DNA of 62,897 nt, counting the filler, from Reclinomonas americana ATCC 50394 (taxonomy: Eukaryota), in the NCBI GenBank assembly GCA_048213135.1. It is 11 parts of 11 records of this genome, joined end to end, with 100 filler letters (N's around TTAATTAATTAA, not from the genome) between each part and the next. Parts side by side here need not be neighbours in the genome. Positions count along the whole stretch, not along the records: positions 44,371 to 48,097 come from AFZH01019575.1; positions 48,198 to 53,759 come from AFZH01019577.1; positions 53,860 to 57,311 come from AFZH01019578.1; positions 57,412 to 61,018 come from AFZH01019582.1; 7 more parts are not named here. One strand, written 5' to 3'. Made by a program: the position numbers and the translations under genes. Positions 44,371 through 58,003 of this stretch are shown one piece after another. Under the pieces are notes generated by a model that worked only from the letters and a program-made list of their open reading frames with translations, had not been told where the DNA came from and did no database searches. How positions within the stretch are numbered: position 1 is the stretch's first letter; each line of letters begins with the position of its first letter.

Positions 44371-47300
44371 CACCACCGACGCCGAGCTCAGGTCGTACAA
44401 GTAGGCACACTTGTTCTCCGAACCGCACGCAATGTAGCGCTGGCACGGCGAGAATCGCGCCCCGATAGACAATGCGCGATGCACATGCGAGGTGTACCGG
44501 CAGACGGAGCGCTCTGCTCGCAAGTCCCACAGCTTGATGGTGCCGTCGGGAGCCGTCGAAAGGAACAGATTCATCGCGGAGTCGTCGCTGACGGCCGCAA
44601 AACGAGAGCCCTCATTCAAGCGCAAGCACGATGCAGGCTTGCCGTGAGTCGCATCAATGCACCTACATCACGCCTGATGAGTACACACAGAAGCGCCGGC
44701 GCCAGCAACAATTCACACTCACCGCGAGTACGCTGCGGTGGCCACGTCGTACACATAAATTTTCTTGTCTGAGCCAGCCACGAACCACAAATCTGGTAAC
44801 AACAGTGTTGTCAGAGTGTGCAACGGAGAGAGGGTGCGAGGGACTGCGTGTCGGCGAAACTGGAGAGGAGTGCATTGGCGCACGCAAAGGCTGCGACATT
44901 CTGACACGGCAACACCAGCTCGTGTGCCAACTTGCACTTGTTATTCAAGAGCCTGTGAGGTGGTGGTGATTCAGTCAAAAGTACAGCAACTCGACCACAG
45001 CAGCAACAATCTGCACCTCTTGGCGTCGTCCTGCGGTGTTGACTCGATGGCATACTTGTACAACAACACACTGGGACCGGCCGCCAGCACTACAAACTTG
45101 TCGCGGTAGTAGAATGCAGCGTCCCGCACTTCGTGTCGAAACTCTTCGTTCCACAGAGTGGGCTGTCGGCAATTAAAGCGTCAGCACGCAATTCATAGCC
45201 CTCTCCGTGTAACACCACCACCGTACCTTGGACTGTGAGGGCACATTGCCGCCCACCGTATCGATGCAAAGCATCGGATCGCTTCGGCGAGACAAGTCCC
45301 AAATGCGCGCCGACTTGTCCATGCTGCTGGTGACCACGTACGTGCGGTCGTGACTGAAGCCCGCATTCGTGACCGGGCTGTTGTGGCCTGAGAAAAGATA
45401 GTGAGCAGAACACCTCGAAACGAGCACGCCTGTCCACACACCTGCGCACGAAGCCCCTTCGCCGCGGTACCTGGAGAGCGGCATCTTGAGCAATCGCGCC
45501 GTCCCATCACTCGACGCAGTCACCAATCTTGAACCATCATCTAGAGGAGACGTCAGTTACACGAAATGCACTCGCAAATCCAACGTCAACGCAACTGGAA
45601 AAGTTGACCCGACAAATGGCGCCGTTATGCGGTAGTTCGTCATCAGCGAGATCACTCTCCTCTTGCAACATGGTGGGTGGCAGCGATTGCATCGGATACT
45701 GACGAAGTGTGCTGTAGCATTATCACAAGTTTGACAAGGGTGAGTCGCCTTGCAAAGCAACAAACACGCACGAGAATCGTGCATACCGCGGAGGTAGCTC
45801 GCCGGCAGAAGTCGCAGCCGCCGATTTCCTCGCCGCTGCGCGCGCCTTTTTCGCACTGCTCAACCACTTGGCGGCTTCTGGCGCGGAGCCATATCCTGAG
45901 CTTTTCACCTTGCTGTGGAACATGACCGGCATGTCCTTGACTACGGTGTTCTTCTTGCCGCTGCTGGCGGCCGCGCTGCCCTTGATGCTGCCACGCCGAC
46001 TGGCACCCGAGCGAGTCGACGAGGGGCGTGAACTGGACGCCGACGATGCAACAGAGGAAGCCGTTGGCGGAGGCACTCGCGGCACAAGGTCTCGCTGCAA
46101 CGATTCCGGCAGCGGAGCAGTGGCGAGCAGCGACAAGTGCGCATACTGCGCATCCTCGCCAGCAGACGACACGGCCGAGCGCCCACTTGCCTGGCGCACT
46201 GAGGGCGATGTCGAGCGTGATCGTCGGCCGCTGGCTCCCGACGACGACCCGCCATCCTCACCACCTCGAGCTTCTGAATACACGCTCTGCAGCATAATAC
46301 ACGTGCACGTCATGTCAGTGAGCTTTCAACAGGCAGTCGTCGGTATGGTTTTCTCATTGGTACTGACCATCTGTATGCGCTTCACGTACACGGCCGACTT
46401 GGGGCGATGAGATCGCGGTGGTCTGCCTGCGCCGTGCGGACGCTTCTCGCCTGCAGGACCAGCTTCGGTCACAGCACGTGCCTCTTGTGCCCTCCGACCC
46501 GCGTCATCGTCGCTGTCTTCGTCATCTTCGTACTCGTCATCGTCGTCCCCGTCCTCGCCGTATCCCTCCCGATAACCATCTCCATCCTCAGCATCGTCGT
46601 AGTCGCTACCGTCGTCCTGCTCAGCTCGCTCGGCATCACCACCGTCGTCGTCGTCGTAATCAACATGCGTTGCAGCAGTGACAGCTGTTACTGGCGCAGG
46701 AGCAGGGCGTAGTGGTTCGCACCGAATCGGCGGCCAGAGGGGCACAGTCGAGACTGCCAGCAGCGGGTGGAAGGCAGAACATGTTGCCACGGTCATGCGA
46801 TTCTGCTCAAACGATGCACACACGCACTGCGTGGGTCGAAGGCTCCCCCTCTCTCTCACGGTCGAGCACTCACAACAACGCAACTGTGGCCGGATCGAAG
46901 GCCAGAGCAGCTGACGAAATGTGGTCCAACTCCTCGATCTCCGACGTCGACTGCGGGGTGGTTGGTTCGCCACCTGCACGTGACACACGCAGTCACGTAT
47001 CCATATACAGCCGCCAGTGACAAGCGTACCCAGTGAAGCGCAACTGGCAGTGTAGTACACGGCATTCTCCACCATCTCAATCTCGTAGCTTCGGGTGTTG
47101 ATCACCAAGACGCTTTGCGGGCACACAGCAACGAGCTTCGAAGCCGATCGACTGTGTTGAACAATTCAGTGCGCGACTTCGACGACGGGAAGAACAAGCG
47201 ATTCGCGCACGCACCGACCGCCGGGTATGAGATGCTCATCGATGCGGTGGGCATACTGCAACGACAAGATGGGAAACGAGAAGTCGGCCAGACGGACACC

Positions 47301-48097
47301 GACCACGGGGTCCCCTGCACGCGCACAATCGAACGACCTCAGTCCGCAAGAAAGCGCAGCGCCACAGAATGACAAGTAAGACGCCCACCAATGTTGTGAA
47401 TATTTGACGTAGACCCAGTGCCGCTGCCATTGCCACCACCACCACCACCACCACCGTCGGTGCGACGATCGGCTGACGCCTGTTGCTTCCAAGCCGGAGT
47501 ACTGGATACCACCACATACTCACCTACAACAATACAGGTTGAGTGCGTGCTGCGTGTGTCTGCGTGCGACTGGCTCAACTTTCGCGCGCCGCAGCAGCTC
47601 GTTTCGCAGCATCGCGCTTATCTCGCCGACTGAATTCATACGCTGTCTCCAACGCGTACAGCTCCACGCTACCACCCGGCACCATTTCGTAGAATCGGAT
47701 CTTGCCGTCCTCAGCACCAACCGCGAAACGAGCGAGATCAGGCGCCGCAGCAATCGAAATCAGTGGCGATGCTGCCGCGCTCGCTGTTAGGCTCCACGCC
47801 GAGTACAGGAAAGGAGGGAGCTGGCACAAGAGACGCAACACGACAGGATGCCAGACTGGTACAGCAGCACGCGGGAGCTCCAGTCAAACACCTAGCACGG
47901 CGTGAGCACGCACGGACTACAAGAAAATAACAACAGTCGAGCTCCACACACCTTGAACGTGCGATCTTCCGACACCGTGACAATATGGTACGCATCGCCT
48001 ACGGTGCACACGCACGCTGCGTTGACCCGCCCCGAGTGACCCTCGAGTTGTCCAACCGCTTCCCGCCGCTGCGAACACCGACCATCGGTGAGTCCCC
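44371..48097 (-). CDS. WDR27: WD40-repeat protein WDR27, partial at both ends
   Basis: WD repeats plus DMPVMFHSKVKSSGYGSAP and NLFLSTAPDGTIKLWDLR...FSPCQRYIACGSENKCAYLYD, which match the WDR27 pattern. Confidence 0.8.
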
Positions 48098-48197
48098 NNN
48101 NNNNNNNNNNNNNNNNNNNNNNNNNNNNNNNNNNNNNNNNNTTAATTAATTAANNNNNNNNNNNNNNNNNNNNNNNNNNNNNNNNNNNNNNNNNNNN

Positions 48198-51100
48198 AGC
48201 ATCACCTTGCCGACCAGCACCTCGGCCGACTGTGTCATCTTCTCCACTGCGCCAAGCGTTAGGAGAGGACGCGGGGAACTCAAGCAAACAACAACAACAA
48301 CAACAACAGCGCACCCGTGACAACAGACACCGGAGGCGATGACAGCGCCGGTTCGCCGCAGTCAGAGCCACGGTCACTGTCGTCGACATCTTCCATGCTC
48401 GGCGACGCATCGGTCGGCGCAGTGACCGAGGGTGGTGAGAGCGGAACCGATGCCACATAGGACATGTCGAGTGTGTGTCGAGGATTGTGTGACCAGCGAC
48501 GACTGTCTGCGTGCTGCCGGCTGGCAATGCAAAGGACGAACAGGTGAGGTGAAAGAAAAGAAAAAGGCCATGCTTAATCAGAAGGAAGAACGCAACATCT
48601 TGTCGGCAGCCATGGGAGGCGCCAGCTGCGGTCCCTCGTGCTGTGCACCGGCCCAGTAGTGCCTCAAGTGGGCGGCCACGGACGGAATGCGTAACCGCTC
48701 GTCCGACATGCTGCGCGCACTGCGCGACCGCGACATTGTTGGTGTGCCCTGTGAGACGATGGATGGATGAGCCTTCCTTCATGACAAATTCAAGCGCCGA
48801 AGTCCCGTGTGTACGCACTTCTCCTGCAGTGAGCGCCGAGTGCTCGAAGGCTGGCGACGATCCGGTTGAGTCAACAACAGCGCCACGCCCGCGGAGTGAC
48901 ACGCTGTTGCTCGAGTGCAAGAGGCCATCAAAGCTCTTCTCCATCGCATGTCGTTCCTTGTCCATGGGCGGCGAGATCTCCAAGCAAATCTCCACCAGCT
49001 GGTCGGCCACTGCATCGGCGTCCTCGTATCGGCTCATCATCTCACACGTGCGCAGTTGGTTGCGCAGAGCACCAATCAATTTGGCGGTGTACTTGTTGAA
49101 ACCGTGCATTGTCTGCTGACGAAATAAGAAAGAAAAAAAGAGAGAGAACGAAAAAGGTAATTACACGACTCGCATACCTTGCGACTGCGTGACGCCCGAC
49201 TGTGCAACACGCGATACACGGAAATGCACTGGCGGAACATGTCTTGGCAGTCCTCGAAACGACCGCGCGCAAACAGAATCACCGCACAGTTATGCAGTGC
49301 TTTGGCGTAGCTGTGGAAGTGCCGCGGTGTGAGTCTCCACAAGCTCCTCCCCATCTATTGTGAATCAGACGCAACATGGCACTCGAGTTGCCGTATAGAC
49401 TTGAGCGAAGAGCCACACACTGCGCACTCAGCCGCTCCGCTCGTTCCGAATGCGCCGATCGCAAGTGGACGTCAGCCAGCTCGCTCAGCACCTCCGATCG
49501 CAGACAGAGCGCAGAGTTGCAGATGGAGCTCCGCTCGAGCACCGTCAGCGCCGACTGCCAAAAGCACGCAGTCAGAAATTTGTCGTGCCCGAACAGAACC
49601 AAGGGAAATGCACACGCACCTCGAGCACTCGCTGCTTGTCATGAGCATGCTCGGGGTCCGTGAAGGTGGAGGACAGGAGCAGTGCAGCACGCGCCCAGTG
49701 AAAGTTGATGCGCTCACACTCGACTCCAAGTCGCGACACCTCGCCGTACACCTCCAGACACGAGGTGAGGAAGGCTCGTGCCGACTTGGACTCGTTGAAG
49801 CGCAGATAGTGCGAGCTGGTCTCGTACCTGGTGCGGAAATCAACATGAGAACATGGCGAGCAGAAGGAAAGAGAGAGAAAGGTTGAAGACGCAACAGAGC
49901 CTCGGCCACACTGGCGTGAGTGAGACCGAGATGCCGCTGACGGGACTCCAAGCACCGCAGAAACATGTGCTCGATGGCCTCCACTCGAGGAAGCGGTGAC
50001 TTGAGCTGAGGCTGCCACATGATAGTATAAATAACGGTCAGAACATATGCATTCGCTGGCGCAAACGCAACTCGTACGCCCGCCGACACGTCGCGCAAGA
50101 CTCGACTGAAGCAGCAGCCAGCATGCAGTTGTGCATATGCGTACTCCAGGCTACTCTCGCCCCACTGCTGTCCGGTGAGTCGCAGAGCGTCGGCAAAGAG
50201 TGAGCAGGCATCCGCCGCCCGATCGAGGGAGTCAAGCAGGCGCGAGAGGAACAGCTGGTAGACAGGGCACAGCTCGCGCCTCTCCGCAGTTGACACCGGC
50301 TGAATGTGTGACGACCACAAATCGATGGCCTCCTCGGGAGGCACTCGCGTGATCTTGGCAGTGATGATTGACAGCGACGAGAGGCGTGAGAGAGAAGGCC
50401 CGTCATCTGCGCCGTCACCACTGTCATCGCCGTGGTCGACTTTCGACACGTCCATCTCTCCCTGCCCGACGCCCACATTCACACGCGAGCCTGCTCTGGA
50501 CACAACGCCTCCATTGCGCCCATCCTCGCCCTCGCCGTCATCGACCTCCTCCTCTTCCACCTCGACAATGGCATCGATTGGGTCGATGGTGATGGCCGAC
50601 AGAGAGCTCACCACACTCGACGAGATGTCGGTGTGCGGTCGACGCACAGTTATCGGCTGTGAGGCGGATCTTGGTGGAGAGGCTGTTGTGGCAGCGGCGG
50701 TGGTGTCCGTTGCCGGTGCTGCCGGTGCTGCAGGTGCCAGTACGCCGGCACCACCGGACTCGGCCACCAAGAACGGATCAAACGAAAAGTGCGCCGGCAG
50801 CGTGTTCCGCAGCGAGGGAGTGTGACTCACGCGATGGGCAGACGGCACCGCTGCTGCCGCAGCTGCCGCAGCCGCAGCCAAAGCAGCCGCACCACTGTTT
50901 GTCGATGTTGTGGACGACCGCACAGATGTACCTTCCGGTGCCGTCAACAGCCGACCATCGGCAATGTGCGTCAGCGTCGTGTCACTCAATCGCATGTGCG
51001 ACCGGATGCTCACACGCGGATTGGGATCGTCCGAGTCGGCTGGTGCACACACAGGAACAGTCAGCAGCTCACTCTCACTCTCTCACAAACAAGCGCATCG

Positions 51101-53759
51101 GAACACACACCATCGATGCTGCTGGCCTCCGGTTCGCACATGAGATGGTACTCGTGGAACAAGTTGGCAAAGGCGACCTCGGGTGGCAGGGCCGGGAAAC
51201 TCCCACTGCTTGGTTCTTCCCGCTGCAGACACACACACACGCGAGAAGAATTGGCAACGAGGGATATTATGAGGAAAAATGCAGAGCGGGGCAAGCGCAC
51301 CGGTGCACTCTGCAACAGAGACATGCTCATGCGCGCCGGCAGCGACTTCATGTACTCGGGCGAAGCCACATCAGCGAGCTGGTCAACCATCGACGTCGAC
51401 GACTCTGGGCAAACAAGGCCAGTGAGTCACCTGTTCCGTGTGCGACCCACGGCAACACAACGTCGCAACTGTGCTTGCCGCGCGGTACGCGTTTAGGACT
51501 CCCCACAGCAGCTGCCGCCGCTGTGGTGGCTGACGCAGCAGCCGTGGATGCGGCCGACGACTGTCATGACGAGCGAGTGAGCAACGACCATAACACCGAC
51601 AGATAAAACATGTACGCAACAATACCCGGCACCACCTCGGGCTCCGCGGCGGTGCAAAACTCGACGCACAGACGAATGACCCGCTCCACCATGTCGTGGC
51701 TCGCCCACTCGACAGCGAAATCAGCACATCGATGCAAGTCGCGCAGCCACAATTCGCTGGTGTTCTCCACTGCAACCACACGGGTGAGCTGGTGGACAAA
51801 GTGTGTGTAAGCAAAGAGGGGGTCGCAACTGAGTGGACGCCACTGTGGATCCTTGGCCAGCGACTCGATCACGCGGAACAGGAGCGCAAACTGCAACTCA
51901 TTTTGCTTGTACAGGAGTTGTGCGCGCCCGGGAGACCGGTCGTTGACCTCGCTCAGCTGTAGCAGCGAATTCAAGTACAGGCCGACCAGCACCTGTGCGC
52001 AACCCATGAGAACACGAGAAGGGAGAGAGAGAAGGGAGAGAAGGAGTGGGAGAAGGGAGAGAGAGAAGAAAGAGAGAGAGAAGGGAGAGAGAAGGGGAGA
52101 GAGAAGGGAGAAAGAAGTGAGTGAGAAAGCACATAGACGCTGACATCTCATCTCCCTCGTCAGTTACTTTTGCACACACACAAACGCGCGCACACACAAC
52201 GAGAGAAAAAATGAAAGGAACAGAAAGCACACAACGCTGACATCTGCATCTCTCTCGTCAAGCACATTAACTCACACAAACGAGAGAGAAGGGAAAGAGA
52301 AAGAAACAGAGATAGCACATAAACGCTGACATCTGCATCTCTCCTGTCAAGCACATTAACACACACAAATGAGAGAGAAGGGAAGGGGAAAGTGACAGAG
52401 AGAGCACACAAACGCAGACCTCTGCATCTCACCTGTCAAGCACATTAACACACACAAACGAGAGAGAAGGGAAGGGGAAAGAGACAGAGAGAGCACACAA
52501 ACGCAGACCTCTGCATCTCTCCTGTCAAGCACATTAACACACACAACCGAGAGAGAAAGAGACAGAGATAGCACTCAACGCTGACATCTGCATCTCTCTT
52601 GTCAGTTACTTTACACCTTCAAACGAGAGAGAAGGGAAGAGAAAGAGACAGAAAGCACACAAACGCTTACATCTGCATATCTCTTGCATACATATTTTCA
52701 CACACTCACGCACACGCACGTGAGCGGCAACATACCTGCAGTGTCCAGCACGCGCCACGACGATGACCGAGGAAATGCAGAGCTGGTGAGCAGCGCGGCG
52801 AAACGCCGGCTATCTTGTCCGTGGCCAGCGCTGCTCACACCACCGCTCTGAGGACAAGCAAACAATAGTGCGAAAAAGACAAGCCACACACACCAACAGC
52901 ATGCAGCCACACGTTGGCGCGCGGGTCGAGTGCATACACTGTCGAGGACTTGAACGGGGGAAGCACAGATGTTGCCACATGTCCGCGCATACACAGCCAG
53001 CCGCGAATCTGCAAGGCATACAGCTGCGGGGCACGAGGCGGGGTGAGACGGCAATTTACAGCACGCGCAAGAAAATTCTCTGCCACACACCTCCCGGTAG
53101 AGAGCACTCGGCGGGCATTCGCAGAGACAACTGAGCACCACCGACGACAATGGAGTGCCGACCATGTGGGGAGCATCGGGTCGCAGGGTTGACACGTCGA
53201 CTGCAAAAGGGAATACGGCATGTCACACGGAGTGCATCACAGCATGAACTCACATAATTAGAGAGAGAGAGAGAGAGAGACATGCACACACACGCATGCG
53301 GAGAGAGAGAGAGAGAGAAACGCATGCGGAGAGAGAGAGAGAAACGAGCGCATGTACTCAGACGCACACATAGGCATACCCAGCTCTGCGCACACACATA
53401 CACACACAAAGAGAGAGACAGGCAGTAGAGAGACGCACGCACGCACGCACACACACACGCATGCACACACACGCACACAGAGGTATATCCAGCTCTATCG
53501 CTCTCTTCCTCTTTCTCTCTCTCTCTCTCTCTCAGGCATACCATCATCCTCCTTCAAACTCAGATGGCACATGACGGCCAAAATGCGTTGCTGTAGAGGC
53601 GATAATGACAAGTAGCAGGTGGCCACGGCATCGGCCGGGGTCACCATCTTGTCAATGGTGTCTAATCGGTGCAGCACACTGCCACTCATGTGCGACAAGA
53701 GCAGGTGACGGGAGAGCAGGCTCTGCACAAACGAAGCCGATCCGTCGTCCATGGAAAGC
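48198..53759 (-). CDS. Large helical protein with TPR (kinesin-light-chain-like) repeats, partial
   Basis: Many short exons with TPR-like units (CLESRQRHLGLTHASVAEALL, YAKALHNCAVILFARGRFEDCQDMFRQC). The exon structure was not fully resolved. Confidence 0.55.
52136..52690. repeat. Intronic minisatellite, ~7 copies of a ~75-100-bp unit
   Basis: Recurring AACGCTGACATCTGCATCTCTCCTGTCAAGCACATTAACACACACAAACGAGAGAGAAGGGAA core. Confidence 0.9.
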
Positions 53760-53859
53760 NNNNNNNNNNNNNNNNNNNNNNNNNNNNNNNNNNNNNNNNN
53801 NNNTTAATTAATTAANNNNNNNNNNNNNNNNNNNNNNNNNNNNNNNNNNNNNNNNNNNN

Positions 53860-54232
53860 GCTTTTCTCTTCTGTGTGTGAGTGTGTGGTTAAGGCAAAGG
53901 ATTAGGCATCGTCTGCATCGCCTGCAAGTCGCTCTCTCTCTCTTCTCTCTCACCTGCACACGCCCGCACGGCCATTCTCCACCCGGCCACATTTCTCCGC
54001 AACCCTCCACTCCCACTACTCCTCGGCGCCGTCGACCCCAGCGTCGGCCTCGCACCTCCTCCACCACGCTGCGAGCGCGGAGACAGCAGTGGCGTGTTGT
54101 ACGTGTAACTCCCCGCGCCGCCGCGAGGTGACGCAGGTGGCGACGAGTCTGACAGAGACACTGACAGGCCAGTGGCGCCCACAAGAGAGGCCGCAGAGGC
54201 AAGCTGCTGAGGGAGGTGGCGCTGCTCCGTCA
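53860..54232 (-). CDS. 5' fragment of unknown Ser/Gly-rich protein
   Basis: MTEQRHLPQQLASAASL... open frame heading to the contig edge. Confidence 0.4.
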
Positions 54233-54340
54233 TTGCACACGAGAGGAGATAGAGAGAGAGAGGGCGGAGTGTGTGTGTGAGAGCGGAATGTGTGCGTCTT
54301 TCTGTGTGTATGTGTGTGGTGGAGAGAGAGAATGTGTGTA

Positions 54341-54770
54341 TCAGAGAGAGGGGCGTGTGCTTGCGTGCGTACGTGTGTGTGTGCGTGCGTACGTGTGTGA
54401 ATGACCAAGACTGGGGACAGTGCGTGATTGAGGACACGAGGACGGTATTTCTTCTTGTTTTCTTTTGTTTTGTTGTTTCTCAAGGTGTGTGACGATTGTA
54501 TCAGAGAGAGGGGCGTGTGCATGCGTACGCGTGTGCGTGTGTGCGTCAATGAGCAAGACTGGGGACAGTGAGTGATTGAGGACATTTCTTGTTTTTTATT
54601 TTCTTTTTTGTTTTTTCTAATGGTGTGTGACGATTGTATCAGAGAGAGGGGCGTGTGCGTGCGTACGTGTGTGTGAGCAAGACAGGCAGACAGGGGACAG
54701 TTCGAGATTGAGGACACGAGGACGATTCTTGTTTTTCATTTGTTTTTTTCGATGGTGTGTGACGATTGTA
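54341..54770 (+). repeat. Three tandem ~130-160-bp units ending in the CRIPT start sequence
   Basis: Units 54341-54500, 54501-54638 and 54639-54770 each run TCAGAGAGAGGGGCGTGTGC...GGGGACAG..GATTGAGGACA...GGTGTGTGACGATTGTA. Confidence 0.9.
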
Positions 54771-55363
54771 AGAAGAAGTTGAAGCAGGTGATTACGCCGG
54801 ATCCGTTTGCGCGGCGTAGTGGTGGTGCCAGTGGGAGTGGGAGTGGGTCGACTGCAGCTGCGCCTTCTGCGGCGGCGGCTGCGCGGTCGGCCAAGAGTGA
54901 GAAGGAGCAGGCGGGTGGGCGTAAGCGCACGAATATGTTGTTGGCGGCGAGGAAACAGTGAGTTCGTGGTGTGGTGGAAGGGGAAGGAGGGTGAGAGGTG
55001 AATGTGTGATCTTTTCGCGCTCTTTGCTCCCTCTCTTGTTGCTGTTGTTGTGTTCTTCTTTCTGTTGTTGTTGTTGTTGTTGTTGTTGTTGCATTTCTTC
55101 TTGTGCCTGTGCTTCCACATCGTCAGCATCTTCATCTGGGTCATCTTCATTCTTTACTCTTTTCCTCTCTTCCTCCTCTCTCTCTCTCTCTGCTTTCTCT
55201 CTCTCTCTCTCTTGTCGGCTGTTGATTCTGTTCCTCTTTCTGTTGTTGTTCATCTTGTTCTTCTTCATCTTGTCTCTGTGCTGCATCGTCATCATCAGTC
55301 TTCATCTGGATCATCTTCGTCATTCTCCATCCTGTTGTTCTTCTTCTCTCCTCCTCCTCTCCG

Positions 55364-55404
<41 letters not shown>

Positions 55405-56296
55405 TCGTTCATTGTCTGGGGGTCCAGTTGTGATTTTGACCCCTTGGCTTCCGTTGTCTTCGTTTTACCTTCTTTGTGCTCTTCTCGTCCTTCTTCCTCC
55501 TCTTCTTGCTCTCTCTCCTGTCTCTCTCTGGCTGCTGATTTGTGATGTTCTGTTGACTTGTGGCTGCAGATCGGTGCCGTATAATGGGCGTTGCAAGAAC
55601 TGCAAAGTGAATCTGCCAGCGGAGGGGCAGTACTGTGCCACGTGTGCGAATGAGAAGGGTGCGCAGGGTGGGCGGCAGGGAGGGAGAGAGATAGCAGAAG
55701 AAGCAAGTCAGCTTGAGTGAGATGAGAAGCGAACAGCAGGTGGTGGTTGTCGTCTGTGCGACTTCGTGTCCATCTTGTTTCTGATGTCGTTGAGAGAGAA
55801 GAGGAGAGATTCTAGTCAGCTTGAGCCGTGTGAGAGGCGAACGGCAGGTCATCTCTGCGACTTCCTGTCAATCTGGTTTCTGTGGCCGATGAGAGGCAGG
55901 CAGAGAGAAGCAATGCGAGGGTTGTCGTCGTCGTCGTCTGTGCGATAACTGGTTTTATAGAGAGAAGAGGAGAAGCACGTCAGCTTGGGTCTTTTCCTTG
56001 TCTGTTGTCCGTGGTGAGGACGGCGACGAAGACTGAGTGTCTCCGATCCATAGTCATGCGAGTGGGGCTTCCTTCTCCTTCCATATAGTCAGCGCTGATG
56101 ACAGGTTTAGTGCAGTTGCCAAGCATCTTAATTTCCTTGTTGCGCAGGTGTGTGCGCTCGGTGCGGAAAGCAGATCATGGACATGAAATACGCGGGCACG
56201 ACAGGCACCAGTTACGCTGCCTCCACACCAGCTTCTCATTGCCATCGCCGCAACTCAACCACATGTGCATTCACAGATCCTTACTACAAACAATGA
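54752..56296 (+). CDS. CRIPT: Cysteine-rich PDZ-binding protein CRIPT
   Basis: Exons ~54752-54958, 55570-55658 and 56148-56296 give MVCDDCKKKLKQVITPD...GGRK...CKNCK...YCATCANEKGVCARCGKQIMD...YKQ*. Confidence 0.88.
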
Positions 56297-56388
56297 GACG
56301 CGCGCGAATATACACAAAGCTGTGCGTCCTATATATATCGAAATCACCGTTGTCCATCAACAGTTGTTCCGAGGGAGCGAAGAACATC

Positions 56389-57055
56389 ATGTCTCCCTCG
56401 CACCTCCCACTCCTCCTCCTCCTCTGCCTCTGCACCACACTGCTGCTCCTCGCAGAGCACACACACGCCAGCAGCCACCGACTCCGCGGAAACACACAAC
56501 AGCAACAGGTCACACACGCACACACACACACACTCTCTCACACACTCTCACTCTCTCTCACACACACACACAGTCACTCTCCAACACCGCCTCCACCTCG
56601 CGTTTCCTGTGGATCACCGATGTCCACTACGATCAAAACTACTCGCCCACTGCTGCAGTCACTGCTGATTGCCGCAACAACTGTTGCGTTCAACATGACA
56701 GAGAGTGCGTGAGAGTGAGAGAGAGCATTCTGTGTGAGAATGCAATACCGAACATGCATAACTCCTCTTATGTGTTCTCGCGCTCTTTTATCGCTCTCAT
56801 TGTGTTCTTTTTTCTCTTTTTCTCTGAGTAGCGGGTACTCCTGGCGAGCACGAGCAGTACAATGTTTTTCCGTTTGAGCGATCGCGTCGGACTGACATGA
56901 TGGCGGCGACTCGAGTTGCGCACTCTGTCTCTGTGTTTCCTTGTTTCTTACTTTCTTCTCTCTCATGTCTGTGTTTGCAGTTCACCAATCCGACTGCGTC
57001 GGCGGCGTGGGGTCGGTACGGGTGCGATGCCCCTGCTGCGCTCGTGCAGTCTGCG
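56389..57055 (+). CDS. Acid sphingomyelinase-like/SMPDL3 metallophosphoesterase, 3'-partial
   Basis: Signal peptide, RFLWITDVHYDQNY and WGRYGCDAPAALVQS. Confidence 0.8.
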
Positions 57056-57411
57056 TTGCGTTTATTGTGGTTGTTGTCTGCTTCGAGCGCTGGGCAATAC
57101 AACTGCTGACACTTCTTGTTCTTGTTCGTGTTCTTCTTCTCCTCCTCCTCGTTCTTTCTGTTCTTCTTCTTCTTCTTCTTCTTCTCCTCTTCCTCCTCTT
57201 CCTCTCTCCTCTCTCCTCTCTCCTCCTCCTCCTCCTCCTCCTCCTCCTCCTCTCTCCTCCTCCTCCTCCTCCTCCTCCTTCTTCTTCCGCCTCCTCCTCC
57301 TCCTCCTCCTCNNNNNNNNNNNNNNNNNNNNNNNNNNNNNNNNNNNNNNNNNNNNTTAATTAATTAANNNNNNNNNNNNNNNNNNNNNNNNNNNNNNNNN
57401 NNNNNNNNNNN

Positions 57412-57623
57412 GCTCGTCGCATCGATGGCGACACTGCACGTTGTTGCTGCTGTTGATGTTGATGTTGTGAGGAGGAGGCAGAAGGAGTGGGCAAATCGCC
57501 CAGTGTGAGTCCGCGTCCACTGCTGTTGCTGCTGCTGCTGTTGCCCAGTGAGGAGGATGACAGCTGCGACTGCGACAACGTCGGTTGTCGAGATGACTGG
57601 GCAAGCAGATCGCGCAGGTCCAT
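57412..57623 (-). CDS. 5' fragment of unknown Ser/Gln-rich protein
   Basis: MDLRDLLAQSSRQ... open to the contig edge. Confidence 0.4.
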
Positions 57624-58003
57624 GGAAAAACGTCGGATTCGTCGATCGCGTCGGTGTGAGCGACTCTGACGGAATTCCTGTTTTTGGTGATCGCCGTGTG
57701 TGTGCGGGTTGGTGTGCCCATTGCCATTGACGGTGAGTGCGCTGTGAGTGCGCTGTGCGTGTGCTCGCCTTGTGCGTGTGTGTGTGCGTTGCGCGTGTGA
57801 CATGGCTGCAATCACGACACGCACGCACACACGCGCGCTGTTGTGTGTCTCTCCTCAGTTCGTGTTCGCATGTGTGTCTCTTCTGCTTGCCATGTGTATG
57901 CGTGTTGCGCGTGTGTGTTTCTCTCTGTGTGTGTGTTTGCATCGCCGCGCTAATGCAAGGTTCATGTGATGCGCACAGTGCATCAGCGAATAAGTTGACG
58001 GAG

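Noticed and set aside
52136..52690. Regularly spaced repeats resembling a CRISPR array
   Set aside because: The intervening sequences are homologous GA-rich sequence rather than unique spacers, the context is a eukaryotic intron, and no cas genes are present.
54958..55545. ORFs rich in poly-C/S/L or E/R/K
   Set aside because: These are translations of microsatellite-rich intron 1 of CRIPT. The same applies to 57110-57311 and 60880-61340.
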